Origin: a virus
Taxonomy: Duplodnaviria; Caudoviricetes
Strand: one strand, 5' to 3'
IMG/VR virus record: IMGVR_UViG_3300009155_003695
Coordinates: 1 to 36,536 of that record
DNA length: 36,536 bases
This document shows, piece after piece, positions 16,065-24,511 of this stretch (position 1 is the first letter of the stretch; each line of letters opens with the position of its first letter). A program made the position numbers and the translations under genes. The notes under the pieces were generated by a model that was not told the DNA's origin, ran no database searches, and was given only the letters and a program-made list of their open reading frames with translations.

Positions 16065-16580
16065 TTATCCCTCGTATGTGGCCGAGTTGGCACCGTGTTC
16101 AAATACTTCAACCGATTTAACTCTCACACTGGGATTGATTGGATAGCGCATGTCTCCTGATGCTAGTAGTTCAGCCATTTTATCATAACACATCTTGGCA
16201 AACATTTCACAACCCACACCATCTACCACTCTAAGATCGCAGATTGCACCTCGCTTGTGTGGAATATCGCTACGAGGATCAACCGAGCTCATATTGACTT
16301 GTGCAGCCATTTGTTTGAAGAAAGGCATCATAGGATCATCTCGAGCAATTACTAGTGTATGATCAAACATGTCATCTGCCCATGCTTTGAATTCTTTAAG
16401 ACCGCCAAAGTCCATACACCAGTTCTTGTCGTCCAGTGTTTCACATTCAAACACCAGTTTGATACCAATTGAGTATCCATGCAGTGTTGAGCAGTGGCTA
16501 TGTGTGGCACGCCATTGTCTAAAACAGCATGATAATCCACGGTCGTTTCCGTAAGTTTTTGTTGAGTAAAATTTTGCCAT
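16065..16580 (-). CDS. queD: 6-carboxy-tetrahydropterin synthase (QueD/PTPS T-fold), variant motif
   Basis: C...HGY, DFGGLK, FDH, GCE and VEVFEH..NSA; clustered with folE and queE. Confidence 0.85.
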   Translation of the reverse strand: MAKFYSTKTYGNDRGLSCCFRQWRATHSHCSTLHGYSIGIKLVFECETLDDKNWCMDFGGLKEFKAWADDMFDHTLVIARDDPMMPFFKQMAAQVNMSSVDPRSDIPHKRGAICDLRVVDGVGCEMFAKMCYDKMAELLASGDMRYPINPSVRVKSVEVFEHGANSATYEG

Positions 16581-16669
16581 TATATTCTCCTATGTTAAAT
16601 TTTAGCATAGGCCTGCAGAATTTGTATAGCGGGATGAATGCCAGAAAGGCCGCTGAAAGAAATATTTAT
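16581..16669 (-). promoter_or_regulatory. Structured 5' leader of queD behind an ATAAATA box
   Basis: AGCGG/CCGCT stem, then a CCTATG/CATAGG hairpin overlapping the AGGAG SD. Confidence 0.55.
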
Positions 16670-17082
16670 TTAGGCAACTGATAGCTATTGATTTTGTAAT
16701 TTTGTTGCTCGGCAATAACACCTCGTACTCCCCCAGTGGGGTCAGCACAATCTCCGGTTCGTCTTGGAATCAAATGCACATGTGGATACATTACAGTTTG
16801 CCCAGACGCCTTGCCTATATTTAGGCCAATGTTAAACCCATCGCACTCTCCATTTTTTATCATTTGACGACCTTTGATCAAAGCAGATTCAAAACAATCC
16901 ATGATCACTGCATCTTGATTGTAGTTAGGAACAAATAACAAATGCCCATTGGTAACAGGGAATCTATCTCGAAACACAGTGACATGAAAGTCACTAAGTC
17001 CTGTTTCAACTTGATCCCACGGAGCAATACCTGCTTCGTGCGCTTCTTCTAAATCAGTCCTGATGTCTGTTTCGTCGCTCAT
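16666..17082 (-). CDS. HIT-family nucleotide hydrolase
   Basis: D.FPVT.GH.L.VP, GFNIG.N.G..SGQTV..PHVHLIPR..GD. Confidence 0.9.
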   Translation of the reverse strand: MSDETDIRTDLEEAHEAGIAPWDQVETGLSDFHVTVFRDRFPVTNGHLLFVPNYNQDAVIMDCFESALIKGRQMIKNGECDGFNIGLNIGKASGQTVMYPHVHLIPRRTGDCADPTGGVRGVIAEQQNYKINSYQLPK

Positions 17083-19046
17083 AGTGATATTGTATAAAAA
17101 ATTCTTGCACTGACATTTTTTTCTTGATCAACGGTGCCTCTTACACTAAATTTAGAATTCTTAGTGATGTCTTGTTGCCACTTAACTCCAACATAAGTAG
17201 CAGGAGTACCAGCCAAGCTAACACGTACATTGGAGTATGACATAACACCTTGCTCGTCTACATTGGTTGGCAGTGTCATGTTAAATGCACCATGTACCAC
17301 TGTGGGTTTGATGCCAGCATACCAATTAAAATTTCCAAGTTGGACACCCACTGCGGCATGCATGGCAACAATTGAACTAATGTTGTTGACAATGCCATTC
17401 GACAACCCAACATTTGTAATCATACCACCAACTTGAGTCCAAACCCCAGACTCGTGCATGTTGAGTTGACTGTACTCAGTGGTCACTGAGTTGTTGATCC
17501 GCCCCCAGGTGCCAGACAGCGCAACATATGGATTGTTCTGACTTGACGTAAGTGTGAATTGATGTACAGTTGTTGCCTTGGGATCAAGCATGCGACTGTC
17601 AAATGTAACGGTACTATCACTGCCGGGCGCCTGCGCACCTGTAACATAATGTGTTGGATTTACTTCAGTGCCCATGCCAGACCAACGACCGCTCCAATTA
17701 TAACCGGGCTCAGCGTCAAGCATAACTGGGTTGGACATCAATGTGTTGCGGTGTACTGCACCTGACATATCTGCTTTAAAGTCACGTTGCATTGAGTCAA
17801 TCACTGAAATCGAGCTCAATGATGCTTTTGCTCCTGCGCCCGAACCTGCAACCACAATAGTGCCAGTAACCGGAACAGGCTTGCCAGTACGCCCAGTCAT
17901 GGACAGATTTACTGCACCAATTGGTCTAGTTGCGGCATCAAGATCCAATAGCCCTTGTCCGTGCGTGTCAACATTGTATCCTGGCAAGTTTTTGTTTGCA
18001 GTTTTGAGCAACACCTGAACTTGATTTTCAGGTGTCATGTAAGGCCACAACTGATTAATAATAGCAACAGCGCCCGCTACTACCGGAGCCGCTTGACTAG
18101 TGCCGCTCATTGATTTTGTTTCTGTGGTGTTTATTGCTGGCGCAGACACACTCATACCTGGCGCAAGAATATAAAAATCTGACACACGATATGTGTCCCG
18201 ACATGTACCGCCTACTACATCTTTACAAACACTACCAGACCGAGCACCTTCGATGCGTCCAGCTTGAGCGTTCCAATTACCAACCACCAGCATTTGACCA
18301 TTGAGTACTAACTTGCCATTGACATCGGTTGCAGAAGCAAATGTAGCAGGATTTTGTACATAAGGCAAATTACTATTACCAGCACTGACTGTTAGCACAG
18401 TGTTTGGGCCTAGAGCCTGTGCCCAAGTTTCGGGCTTTTCTAAATTGTAATAGTTCTTGCCACCATAGTTTTTGTCACTACTGGCATAGATACCGGGCGC
18501 AATTTGTGTAACACTCTTGGTATAGGCTGTGGAGTAACTTGTGTTGGCACTAAAGTTAGCCACAGTGATATCGCTGTATTGCTTGGCCCAATTCAATGCT
18601 TGAACGGCCTGGCCGGATGTGACATTGCTGGTATTGCTGAGTTTTGCAATGGCAAGATTGGCATCAAACGCAACACCATTGACACCAATTCCATTGCGAG
18701 CCGCAGCCGCAATGCCTGCTACGTTGGTACCATGCCCAACTTGGTCTTGCATACCAGTTCTTGTAAGATCAAACTGGTATTTGATCTTGCCAGCAAAGTC
18801 CACATTGCCAACATCAATGCCGGTATCCATGATCATGATGGTGCTGCCTTTGCCGGTCCATCCCCGACTCCAGGCATAGTTTGCACCAACTAGCTCATTT
18901 GCTCGGTTGGTAGTTTCTCCCCCAAGCCATGCGCTAGGGTTGTTGTTGCCCACAACAGTGGGTGTGCCGCTAAATGGTCCGTATATGCTGGTTTGAGCAA
19001 ATGTTGGACTCACAGCAACAAATAACACGATTGGCAAAAGTTTCAT
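17079..19046 (-). CDS. Secreted subtilisin-like S8 serine protease with beta-rich C-terminal domain
   Basis: Signal peptide MKLLPIVLFVAVSPTFA; triad IMDTG / HGTNVAG / GTSQAAP; oxyanion SAGN. Confidence 0.92.
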   Translation of the reverse strand: MKLLPIVLFVAVSPTFAQTSIYGPFSGTPTVVGNNNPSAWLGGETTNRANELVGANYAWSRGWTGKGSTIMIMDTGIDVGNVDFAGKIKYQFDLTRTGMQDQVGHGTNVAGIAAAARNGIGVNGVAFDANLAIAKLSNTSNVTSGQAVQALNWAKQYSDITVANFSANTSYSTAYTKSVTQIAPGIYASSDKNYGGKNYYNLEKPETWAQALGPNTVLTVSAGNSNLPYVQNPATFASATDVNGKLVLNGQMLVVGNWNAQAGRIEGARSGSVCKDVVGGTCRDTYRVSDFYILAPGMSVSAPAINTTETKSMSGTSQAAPVVAGAVAIINQLWPYMTPENQVQVLLKTANKNLPGYNVDTHGQGLLDLDAATRPIGAVNLSMTGRTGKPVPVTGTIVVAGSGAGAKASLSSISVIDSMQRDFKADMSGAVHRNTLMSNPVMLDAEPGYNWSGRWSGMGTEVNPTHYVTGAQAPGSDSTVTFDSRMLDPKATTVHQFTLTSSQNNPYVALSGTWGRINNSVTTEYSQLNMHESGVWTQVGGMITNVGLSNGIVNNISSIVAMHAAVGVQLGNFNWYAGIKPTVVHGAFNMTLPTNVDEQGVMSYSNVRVSLAGTPATYVGVKWQQDITKNSKFSVRGTVDQEKNVSARIFYTISL

Positions 19047-19075
19047 AGGATCTCCAAATTACTATAGATAACCCT

Positions 19076-19104
19076 AGTATAACACCAGGGCAATTTTGTG
19101 TCAA
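19076..19104 (-). promoter_or_regulatory. Sigma70 promoter of the subtilase
   Basis: TTGACA-17-TATACT with a GGAGA SD downstream. Confidence 0.8.
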
Positions 19105-19105
19105 C

Positions 19106-19852
19106 TTATCTGGGTGCAAAATCTTGTTGTAGTTTGATGTTATCAAAAAACTCTTTTTTGGTGCTTTGGTCAGTGTTAAATGCACCTCTGAGCACAGTGG
19201 TCTGAGTCAGACTAGAATGTGCCATAATACCTCGATTCTCACAGCACCCATGAACAGCCTGTACATAAACCCCTACATCCTTGGCGTCAGTGGCTTTCAT
19301 GATCTCTCGGGCAATATCGTTAGCTAGCTCTTCCTGTAGCGTACCACGACGAGCACACCACTGAGCAATACGAGTGTACTTGCTAAGACCAATGAGTTTT
19401 TGAGCGGCAATAATCCCGATATAAGCAACGCCACTGACAGGTTGGTGATGATGACTGCACATACTGCGAAGCTCACTACGTACCACAAGCATTCCTTCGT
19501 AGCGGTCGTGTGAGTCATTGGGAAATGCTGTTGCATCTGGTGCTGGTTCATATCTACCTGCCATTATTTCGTTAAAGTACATTTTGGCCAGTCGTCGTGC
19601 TGTGCCTTTTGAGTTGGGATCCGTGTCACGGTCAATCAGCAAACTATCTAGCACTTGTTCAAATGCCGGTGTTGCTTCATCGATTAGTCGTTCTATGTCG
19701 CCTTCGTGTAAGTAATCGCTGATGTTGTCGCCTGCCCAGAAACGTTTGCCTTCACGTTTCATCTTAAAGCGAATATGATCGCCTAGGTAGGCTTCTTTGT
19801 AGCCACCATCGCCTGCCATGGCATCTAGTGCTGTTTCTTTTTTGTTTGTCAA
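19106..19852 (-). CDS. folE: GTP cyclohydrolase I
   Basis: T..R.AKMY, SMCSHH, IGLSKY.RI, QEEL, H.C...RG; TTG start with a GGAG SD. Confidence 0.95.
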   Translation of the reverse strand: MTNKKETALDAMAGDGGYKEAYLGDHIRFKMKREGKRFWAGDNISDYLHEGDIERLIDEATPAFEQVLDSLLIDRDTDPNSKGTARRLAKMYFNEIMAGRYEPAPDATAFPNDSHDRYEGMLVVRSELRSMCSHHHQPVSGVAYIGIIAAQKLIGLSKYTRIAQWCARRGTLQEELANDIAREIMKATDAKDVGVYVQAVHGCCENRGIMAHSSLTQTTVLRGAFNTDQSTKKEFFDNIKLQQDFAPR

Positions 19853-19891
19853 TGTATTTCTCCGAGTTAATGACGTGGATGTCGTTGTGTA

Positions 19892-19920
19892 ATTGTAATG
19901 TATTTAGATTACAAAGTCAA
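19892..19920 (-). promoter_or_regulatory. Sigma70 promoter of folE with embedded TAAATA
   Basis: TTGACT-17-TACAAT; TAAATA at 19901-19906. Confidence 0.65.
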
Positions 19921-20513
19921 TCTATAATTTTGATTTTTCTAAGATCTGGATACTCAACCACAATTGGTTTGGGTGGATTATCTTTGATTCCTTCCAGTAA
20001 GGCCAATGCAGTTGTGGCTTCTTCGATGGTGGGGCGGTAGTGATAGCCTACATGAAATTCTTTTTGGGTTTCCCAAGGGCTAAGTCTGAGATCGCGACCA
20101 TCACTACGCTGTTGTCCCAGAGTCTCATAGGCTTTTTGGTCATCTAACAAGATTGCACCGCCGCGTCCAATTTGCAATGGTTTAGTATGACCAAAACTTA
20201 AACACTGCATTTTACCGGGTCGATACATGTCCTTTTCCAGCCGACGTGCGCTGTCCCAAATTCGAGTATTAACAAACTCGTATTCACCTATCCATGTTTG
20301 TTCTGGCTCATCTAAATAGACATAGTGGATGCCTAGTTTGTGCATGGTCATTGGCACACTAAGATAGGTGTAAGGAGTCATTTTTAGGTCACGCACGCCA
20401 TCATATCTCAAGCACATTTCAATGGCATGTGTGCAACAATCAGTCATGACAACATAAGGAGCACCAGTGAACTCACCTAGAGCTTTTTCAAATTCAAAAA
20501 TTTTATCGAACAT
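19917..20513 (-). CDS. DegT/DnrJ/EryC1-like PLP-dependent aminotransferase, short form
   Basis: FEKAL, CTHA, WDSA and SFGHTKPLQIGRGGAIL (PLP lysine); only about 198 aa. Confidence 0.8.
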   Translation of the reverse strand: MFDKIFEFEKALGEFTGAPYVVMTDCCTHAIEMCLRYDGVRDLKMTPYTYLSVPMTMHKLGIHYVYLDEPEQTWIGEYEFVNTRIWDSARRLEKDMYRPGKMQCLSFGHTKPLQIGRGGAILLDDQKAYETLGQQRSDGRDLRLSPWETQKEFHVGYHYRPTIEEATTALALLEGIKDNPPKPIVVEYPDLRKIKIID

Positions 20514-21453
20514 ACCAATTCCATGCATGTTGAATCATGTCATCAAGGCCGTACTTGCACCAGTTGTTGGCAGCTTTGCTAAACTTGTCAGCACTGGCTG
20601 TGAGCACAGCAGGATCTCCTGAACGTTGTGGGCCCAACACAACTTTTAATTTTTTTCCTGTGATGCGTTCTGCGGCATTGATTATTTCTTGATTGCTTGT
20701 GCCGTTGTTGCTTCCAAGATTATAAATGCCCGATTCAATATCAGCGGAAATTGCCATGACATGTGCTCGAGCAATGTCATCAACATGTACGTAGTCACGT
20801 ATACAAGTGCCATCGGGCGTAGGATAGTTGTTTCCATGCAATGTAAATTCTTGGTCGTCACGAATACTTTCTAGTGCTCTTGCAATGATATGCGTTGCAC
20901 CAGGCGCTTGCCCGTGACGGCCTTGCGGGTCTGCACCACATGCATTGAAGTAACGAAATGCAACAAAGTCAAGATTGTAAGCATTTTTGTACGATGCCAT
21001 GAACATCTCAATCATAAGCTTGCTTTCACCGTATGGGCTGATCGGGTAAGGTGGATCTACTTCACTGCAGGGAACCATGATAGGTTCTCCGTAGGTTGCA
21101 GCCGAACTAGAAAAAATAATTCTAGTATTAGGCAACGAGCAAGTTAAGTCAAGCAAATGAAGTGTTTTCATTGCATTGTTATGATAGTAATCACTTGGAT
21201 ATTTCACACTAGGTCCAACCAAGCTAGTGCCGGCACAGTGTACAATAGCCACAGGGTTTGCACTTTTAATAATGTTAAAACTTTTAACAGACCAAAAGTC
21301 ACATTGGTAGAATGTATTAAATGCGCCAGCTAATCTATCAGGGCATGGGGAACGGTCAATGCCAATTACAGTATATCCGTTGTCGTGTAATTGAAGAGCA
21401 GTTTGTCCACCAATATATCCTGCCGCTCCGGTGACAACTACAATTTTGTTCAT
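20503..21453 (-). CDS. galE: UDP-glucose 4-epimerase
   Basis: TGAAGYIG, FSSSAATYG, YGESK, RYFNACGA, DGTCIRDYVHV. Confidence 0.92.
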   Translation of the reverse strand: MNKIVVVTGAAGYIGGQTALQLHDNGYTVIGIDRSPCPDRLAGAFNTFYQCDFWSVKSFNIIKSANPVAIVHCAGTSLVGPSVKYPSDYYHNNAMKTLHLLDLTCSLPNTRIIFSSSAATYGEPIMVPCSEVDPPYPISPYGESKLMIEMFMASYKNAYNLDFVAFRYFNACGADPQGRHGQAPGATHIIARALESIRDDQEFTLHGNNYPTPDGTCIRDYVHVDDIARAHVMAISADIESGIYNLGSNNGTSNQEIINAAERITGKKLKVVLGPQRSGDPAVLTASADKFSKAANNWCKYGLDDMIQHAWNWYVR

Positions 21454-21457
21454 AAAA

Positions 21458-22225
21458 TCATTCAATGTGAGAAATGTCAATAACTTGTCTAGGGATATTT
21501 CGAACTGGTTGTTCGGGCACACCCAGTTGTGTGTTGATGTTTTGCATTAGTTCTAGCTTTGCCTGTGCCCCTCGACTACCGTGCCAATGTATAATATGTG
21601 CATCATTTAGATTGCAGTTATTCCACTTGTCAGACATGGCACGTGTAGCATCATCTCCGGGCAACATAAACCCTTGGTAAGCCATGCGAGGATCAATTAC
21701 TTTGTCTGTCCCAAGTCCCTGACTCCAGACCATCTGATTGTATAATAACTGATCGCTGTTCCACCAGTCAAGTGTTTTGGTCTGAGCCAATGCCCATGAC
21801 CACATATCACGACTCATGGTGCTAGGATAGTACCTAATATCAGCATTGAGAAAATGTGAGCATGGCCCAAAGCTTTTTGGGTCTGTGTAGTTAAACAATA
21901 GAAAATGCTGATATTGATCAAACACCCGAGTGGGCTTGATCATTTGTGTGTCAGAACCACAGTAAAAAATGTTACACGGTTCTTGTTGCCAAATTTCCCA
22001 TATAGCCTGGAACTGTTGTCTAAACACATGATTGACATCTTTGGCTTCACTAACAAGATTGACTAGTTCCCAGTCACCTTGTAAAAAATGAAAAAAGCTT
22101 TGTTCGCTTAGTTCATTCATCTTCTCATATATGGGGTACAAATCACCTTCCCAACTACGATCACTTCCGGGCCACCACTTGGTGCTACCAATCTTGTGCA
22201 GACCTTTGATTAGATAATTTTTCAT
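21458..22225 (-). CDS. Putative GT-A nucleotide-diphospho-sugar transferase
   Basis: YCGSD (degenerate DxD), FLNA, SDQ..YN and IIHWHGS, a GT8/GT77-like layout. Confidence 0.55.
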   Translation of the reverse strand: MKNYLIKGLHKIGSTKWWPGSDRSWEGDLYPIYEKMNELSEQSFFHFLQGDWELVNLVSEAKDVNHVFRQQFQAIWEIWQQEPCNIFYCGSDTQMIKPTRVFDQYQHFLLFNYTDPKSFGPCSHFLNADIRYYPSTMSRDMWSWALAQTKTLDWWNSDQLLYNQMVWSQGLGTDKVIDPRMAYQGFMLPGDDATRAMSDKWNNCNLNDAHIIHWHGSRGAQAKLELMQNINTQLGVPEQPVRNIPRQVIDISHIE

Positions 22226-23430
22226 TTGACCAATTCTACTGTGGGGAAGTAGCGCAAAAACACATCTTGTTCATTTTTACGTGCATTGACAATGTTTTCT
22301 CGAATTTCATTAAAGAAGTTCCAAGCCAAGGGAATAAACACCACGCGATCTTGTTGAGCTAGATTTCGAACTCGATCAATGCCCGCAATGGGGATAGTAC
22401 GACCGGGAGTAAACAAACCTTGCTTGAGAGGATTGTCGTCAACGATAAAATCCAAATCAAGCTCGGCATAATTCAACAGGGTATTACCTTTGGCTGCGGC
22501 ACCATACCCTACCAACAAGTACTCTTGTTTGCGGAACTCATCAATGTGAGATTTCAACGCCGACACGTTTAGTTCCACAGTATTCCGCCACAGCTGATAG
22601 GTGCTGGTCTTGAACAGTGGTGCTTCTATGTCAATAATATTTTTCACATGGTGTTGACGACTATTCTTTAAACTCAACACAAAGATATAGCTGTTGCCAT
22701 GTATTGGTGTTTTAACAACGTCGATAAGATTCAGCCCTGCACGTTGTGCCAACTTGAACATGCTGTTAGCATTGAAAAAGTTAACATGCTCATGATAGAT
22801 AGTGTCAAACTCGTTATGTAATACCATGTCGGCTTGACTGGTTTGCACAAACAACAAGGTATCTTCATGCATTAACTCGCGGCACGATTTTAAAAATCCC
22901 AATGGATCAGGGTTGTGTGCGCAGACATTTTGCGCTGTGATTATATTGTATTCATTTGTGGCCAAACGATCCACAGCCGCTGGACCAAAAAAATCACACA
23001 CCACAAAGTGATTTGCACTACTGCGTTCGTGCAAGTTCTCGGCTGGATCAATCCCGTAAGTGTTAAATCCTAGTTCTTTAAAATAGTCCAATTGGGTGCC
23101 ATCGTTACAGCCAATGTCAAGAACAGTGGATGAACCAGGAAGATATTCTAAACAAAAATTAGCAAACCATCGAGTGTACTCACGAATAGTTTTGTTTGTA
23201 CCTGTGGCATACAAGTAATTTTTGTAGATGATTCCTGGGTCAACAGTATGACTCAGTTGCAAGTGATAGCAATCGTGGCAAAGACGTACTGCCAATGGAT
23301 ACCGATCTTCGTGGTCAGTTACGGATTTCTTATAGCTGTTTGCCAAGGGTTGAACACCAAGGTCCAATGCAGTATGAAGGTTACTGCTGCCACACGCAAG
23401 GCATTGAGTATTTTCGTGTACGTGATTCAT
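22222..23430 (-). CDS. NDP-hexose C-methyltransferase
   Basis: CLACG...CHDC zinc site, LG.QPLAN, LDIGCNDG, FDTIYHEH, HG.S, GYGAAAKGNTLLN. Confidence 0.9.
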   Translation of the reverse strand: MNHVHENTQCLACGSSNLHTALDLGVQPLANSYKKSVTDHEDRYPLAVRLCHDCYHLQLSHTVDPGIIYKNYLYATGTNKTIREYTRWFANFCLEYLPGSSTVLDIGCNDGTQLDYFKELGFNTYGIDPAENLHERSSANHFVVCDFFGPAAVDRLATNEYNIITAQNVCAHNPDPLGFLKSCRELMHEDTLLFVQTSQADMVLHNEFDTIYHEHVNFFNANSMFKLAQRAGLNLIDVVKTPIHGNSYIFVLSLKNSRQHHVKNIIDIEAPLFKTSTYQLWRNTVELNVSALKSHIDEFRKQEYLLVGYGAAAKGNTLLNYAELDLDFIVDDNPLKQGLFTPGRTIPIAGIDRVRNLAQQDRVVFIPLAWNFFNEIRENIVNARKNEQDVFLRYFPTVELVK

Positions 23431-24470
23431 ATCTTTAACCAGCGAGAGTTTTTGAGAGTCCAGTTTACCATTTGTTCAAGTCGTGTATCAAAGTCATATT
23501 TGGGTTCCCAACCTAAACTCTTCATGTAGTCACCACTGAGTGCATAACGGAAATCATGCCCGGGACGCTGGGTATCGTAACCTACCATGGTGTACTTGAG
23601 TTCTCGGCCCATTATTTTTGCAACAGTTTGCGCAACTTCAAGATTGCTGATTTCTCTTTGTCCCACAATATTGAACTTGGGACAAGTGGCCCCGCCAAAG
23701 TCTGTGGGCAGTGGGAATTCTTTGTGCGGCAAGTTCATGATAAACATAGTAGCATCAGCTACATCTGCGGCATGCACCCAATGACGCAAGCCACTCTCTG
23801 TGCCTGTTTTTTCATCACAGTGAATAGTGACTTCTTGATCTTCTAGTACTTTGCGCATGACCAAGCCAAGAAACTTTTCTGGCAACTGTCGCTCACCAAA
23901 CACATTCATGGTATGGGTGCAGTAGATTGGCATATCAAATGTGTTTTCGTATGCCACACACAATTCTTCTGCACCGGCTTTGGTAGCTGAGTAAGGACTG
24001 CGACTGTTGTATCGATCATACTCTTGGTATTCAACACCCTCGGGTGCTGATCCAAATACCTCATCTGTACCAAAGTTAATAAACTTTTTTAAGTTAGGCA
24101 AATAAAATCGTGCGTAGTCTAGCAAATTACATGTACCCACCACATTGTCTTGTACAAATAGCATGGGATTTTCAATGCTACGTGTAACATGACTACCAGC
24201 GGCCATGTGGATGATATAATCCACATCACCAATTTGTCCAGCTAGCTGTGGGTTAATTTCTGCACGAAGGTCATGATAGATTACACGAAGCCTGCGCATT
24301 TCATCAGGACCAAATTCTTGTGCAAGTTCGGCCAACCGATTTAGGTTGCCTGAAAAATCCAATCGGTCCAGTGAAATAATGTTGTACTCAGGATGCTTGA
24401 GCAAGCGACGAATCATGTGGTGCCCGATAAATCCAGCACCGCCAGTCACCATAACAGTTTGTTTGTTCAT
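23427..24470 (-). CDS. rmlB: dTDP-glucose 4,6-dehydratase-like
   Basis: TGGAGFIG, HMAAGSHV.RSI, TDEVFG, YSATK, RPGHD.RY. Confidence 0.9.
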   Translation of the reverse strand: MNKQTVMVTGGAGFIGHHMIRRLLKHPEYNIISLDRLDFSGNLNRLAELAQEFGPDEMRRLRVIYHDLRAEINPQLAGQIGDVDYIIHMAAGSHVTRSIENPMLFVQDNVVGTCNLLDYARFYLPNLKKFINFGTDEVFGSAPEGVEYQEYDRYNSRSPYSATKAGAEELCVAYENTFDMPIYCTHTMNVFGERQLPEKFLGLVMRKVLEDQEVTIHCDEKTGTESGLRHWVHAADVADATMFIMNLPHKEFPLPTDFGGATCPKFNIVGQREISNLEVAQTVAKIMGRELKYTMVGYDTQRPGHDFRYALSGDYMKSLGWEPKYDFDTRLEQMVNWTLKNSRWLKI

Positions 24471-24511
24471 TTGGTTATGTTTTCCTACCTAATATTTGAG
24501 CAGTATTTAAC

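Noticed and set aside
16581-16665. Class I preQ1 riboswitch upstream of queD
   Set aside because: I could not find the short stem with GTTC-type loop and A-rich tail. It is kept as an unclassified leader instead.
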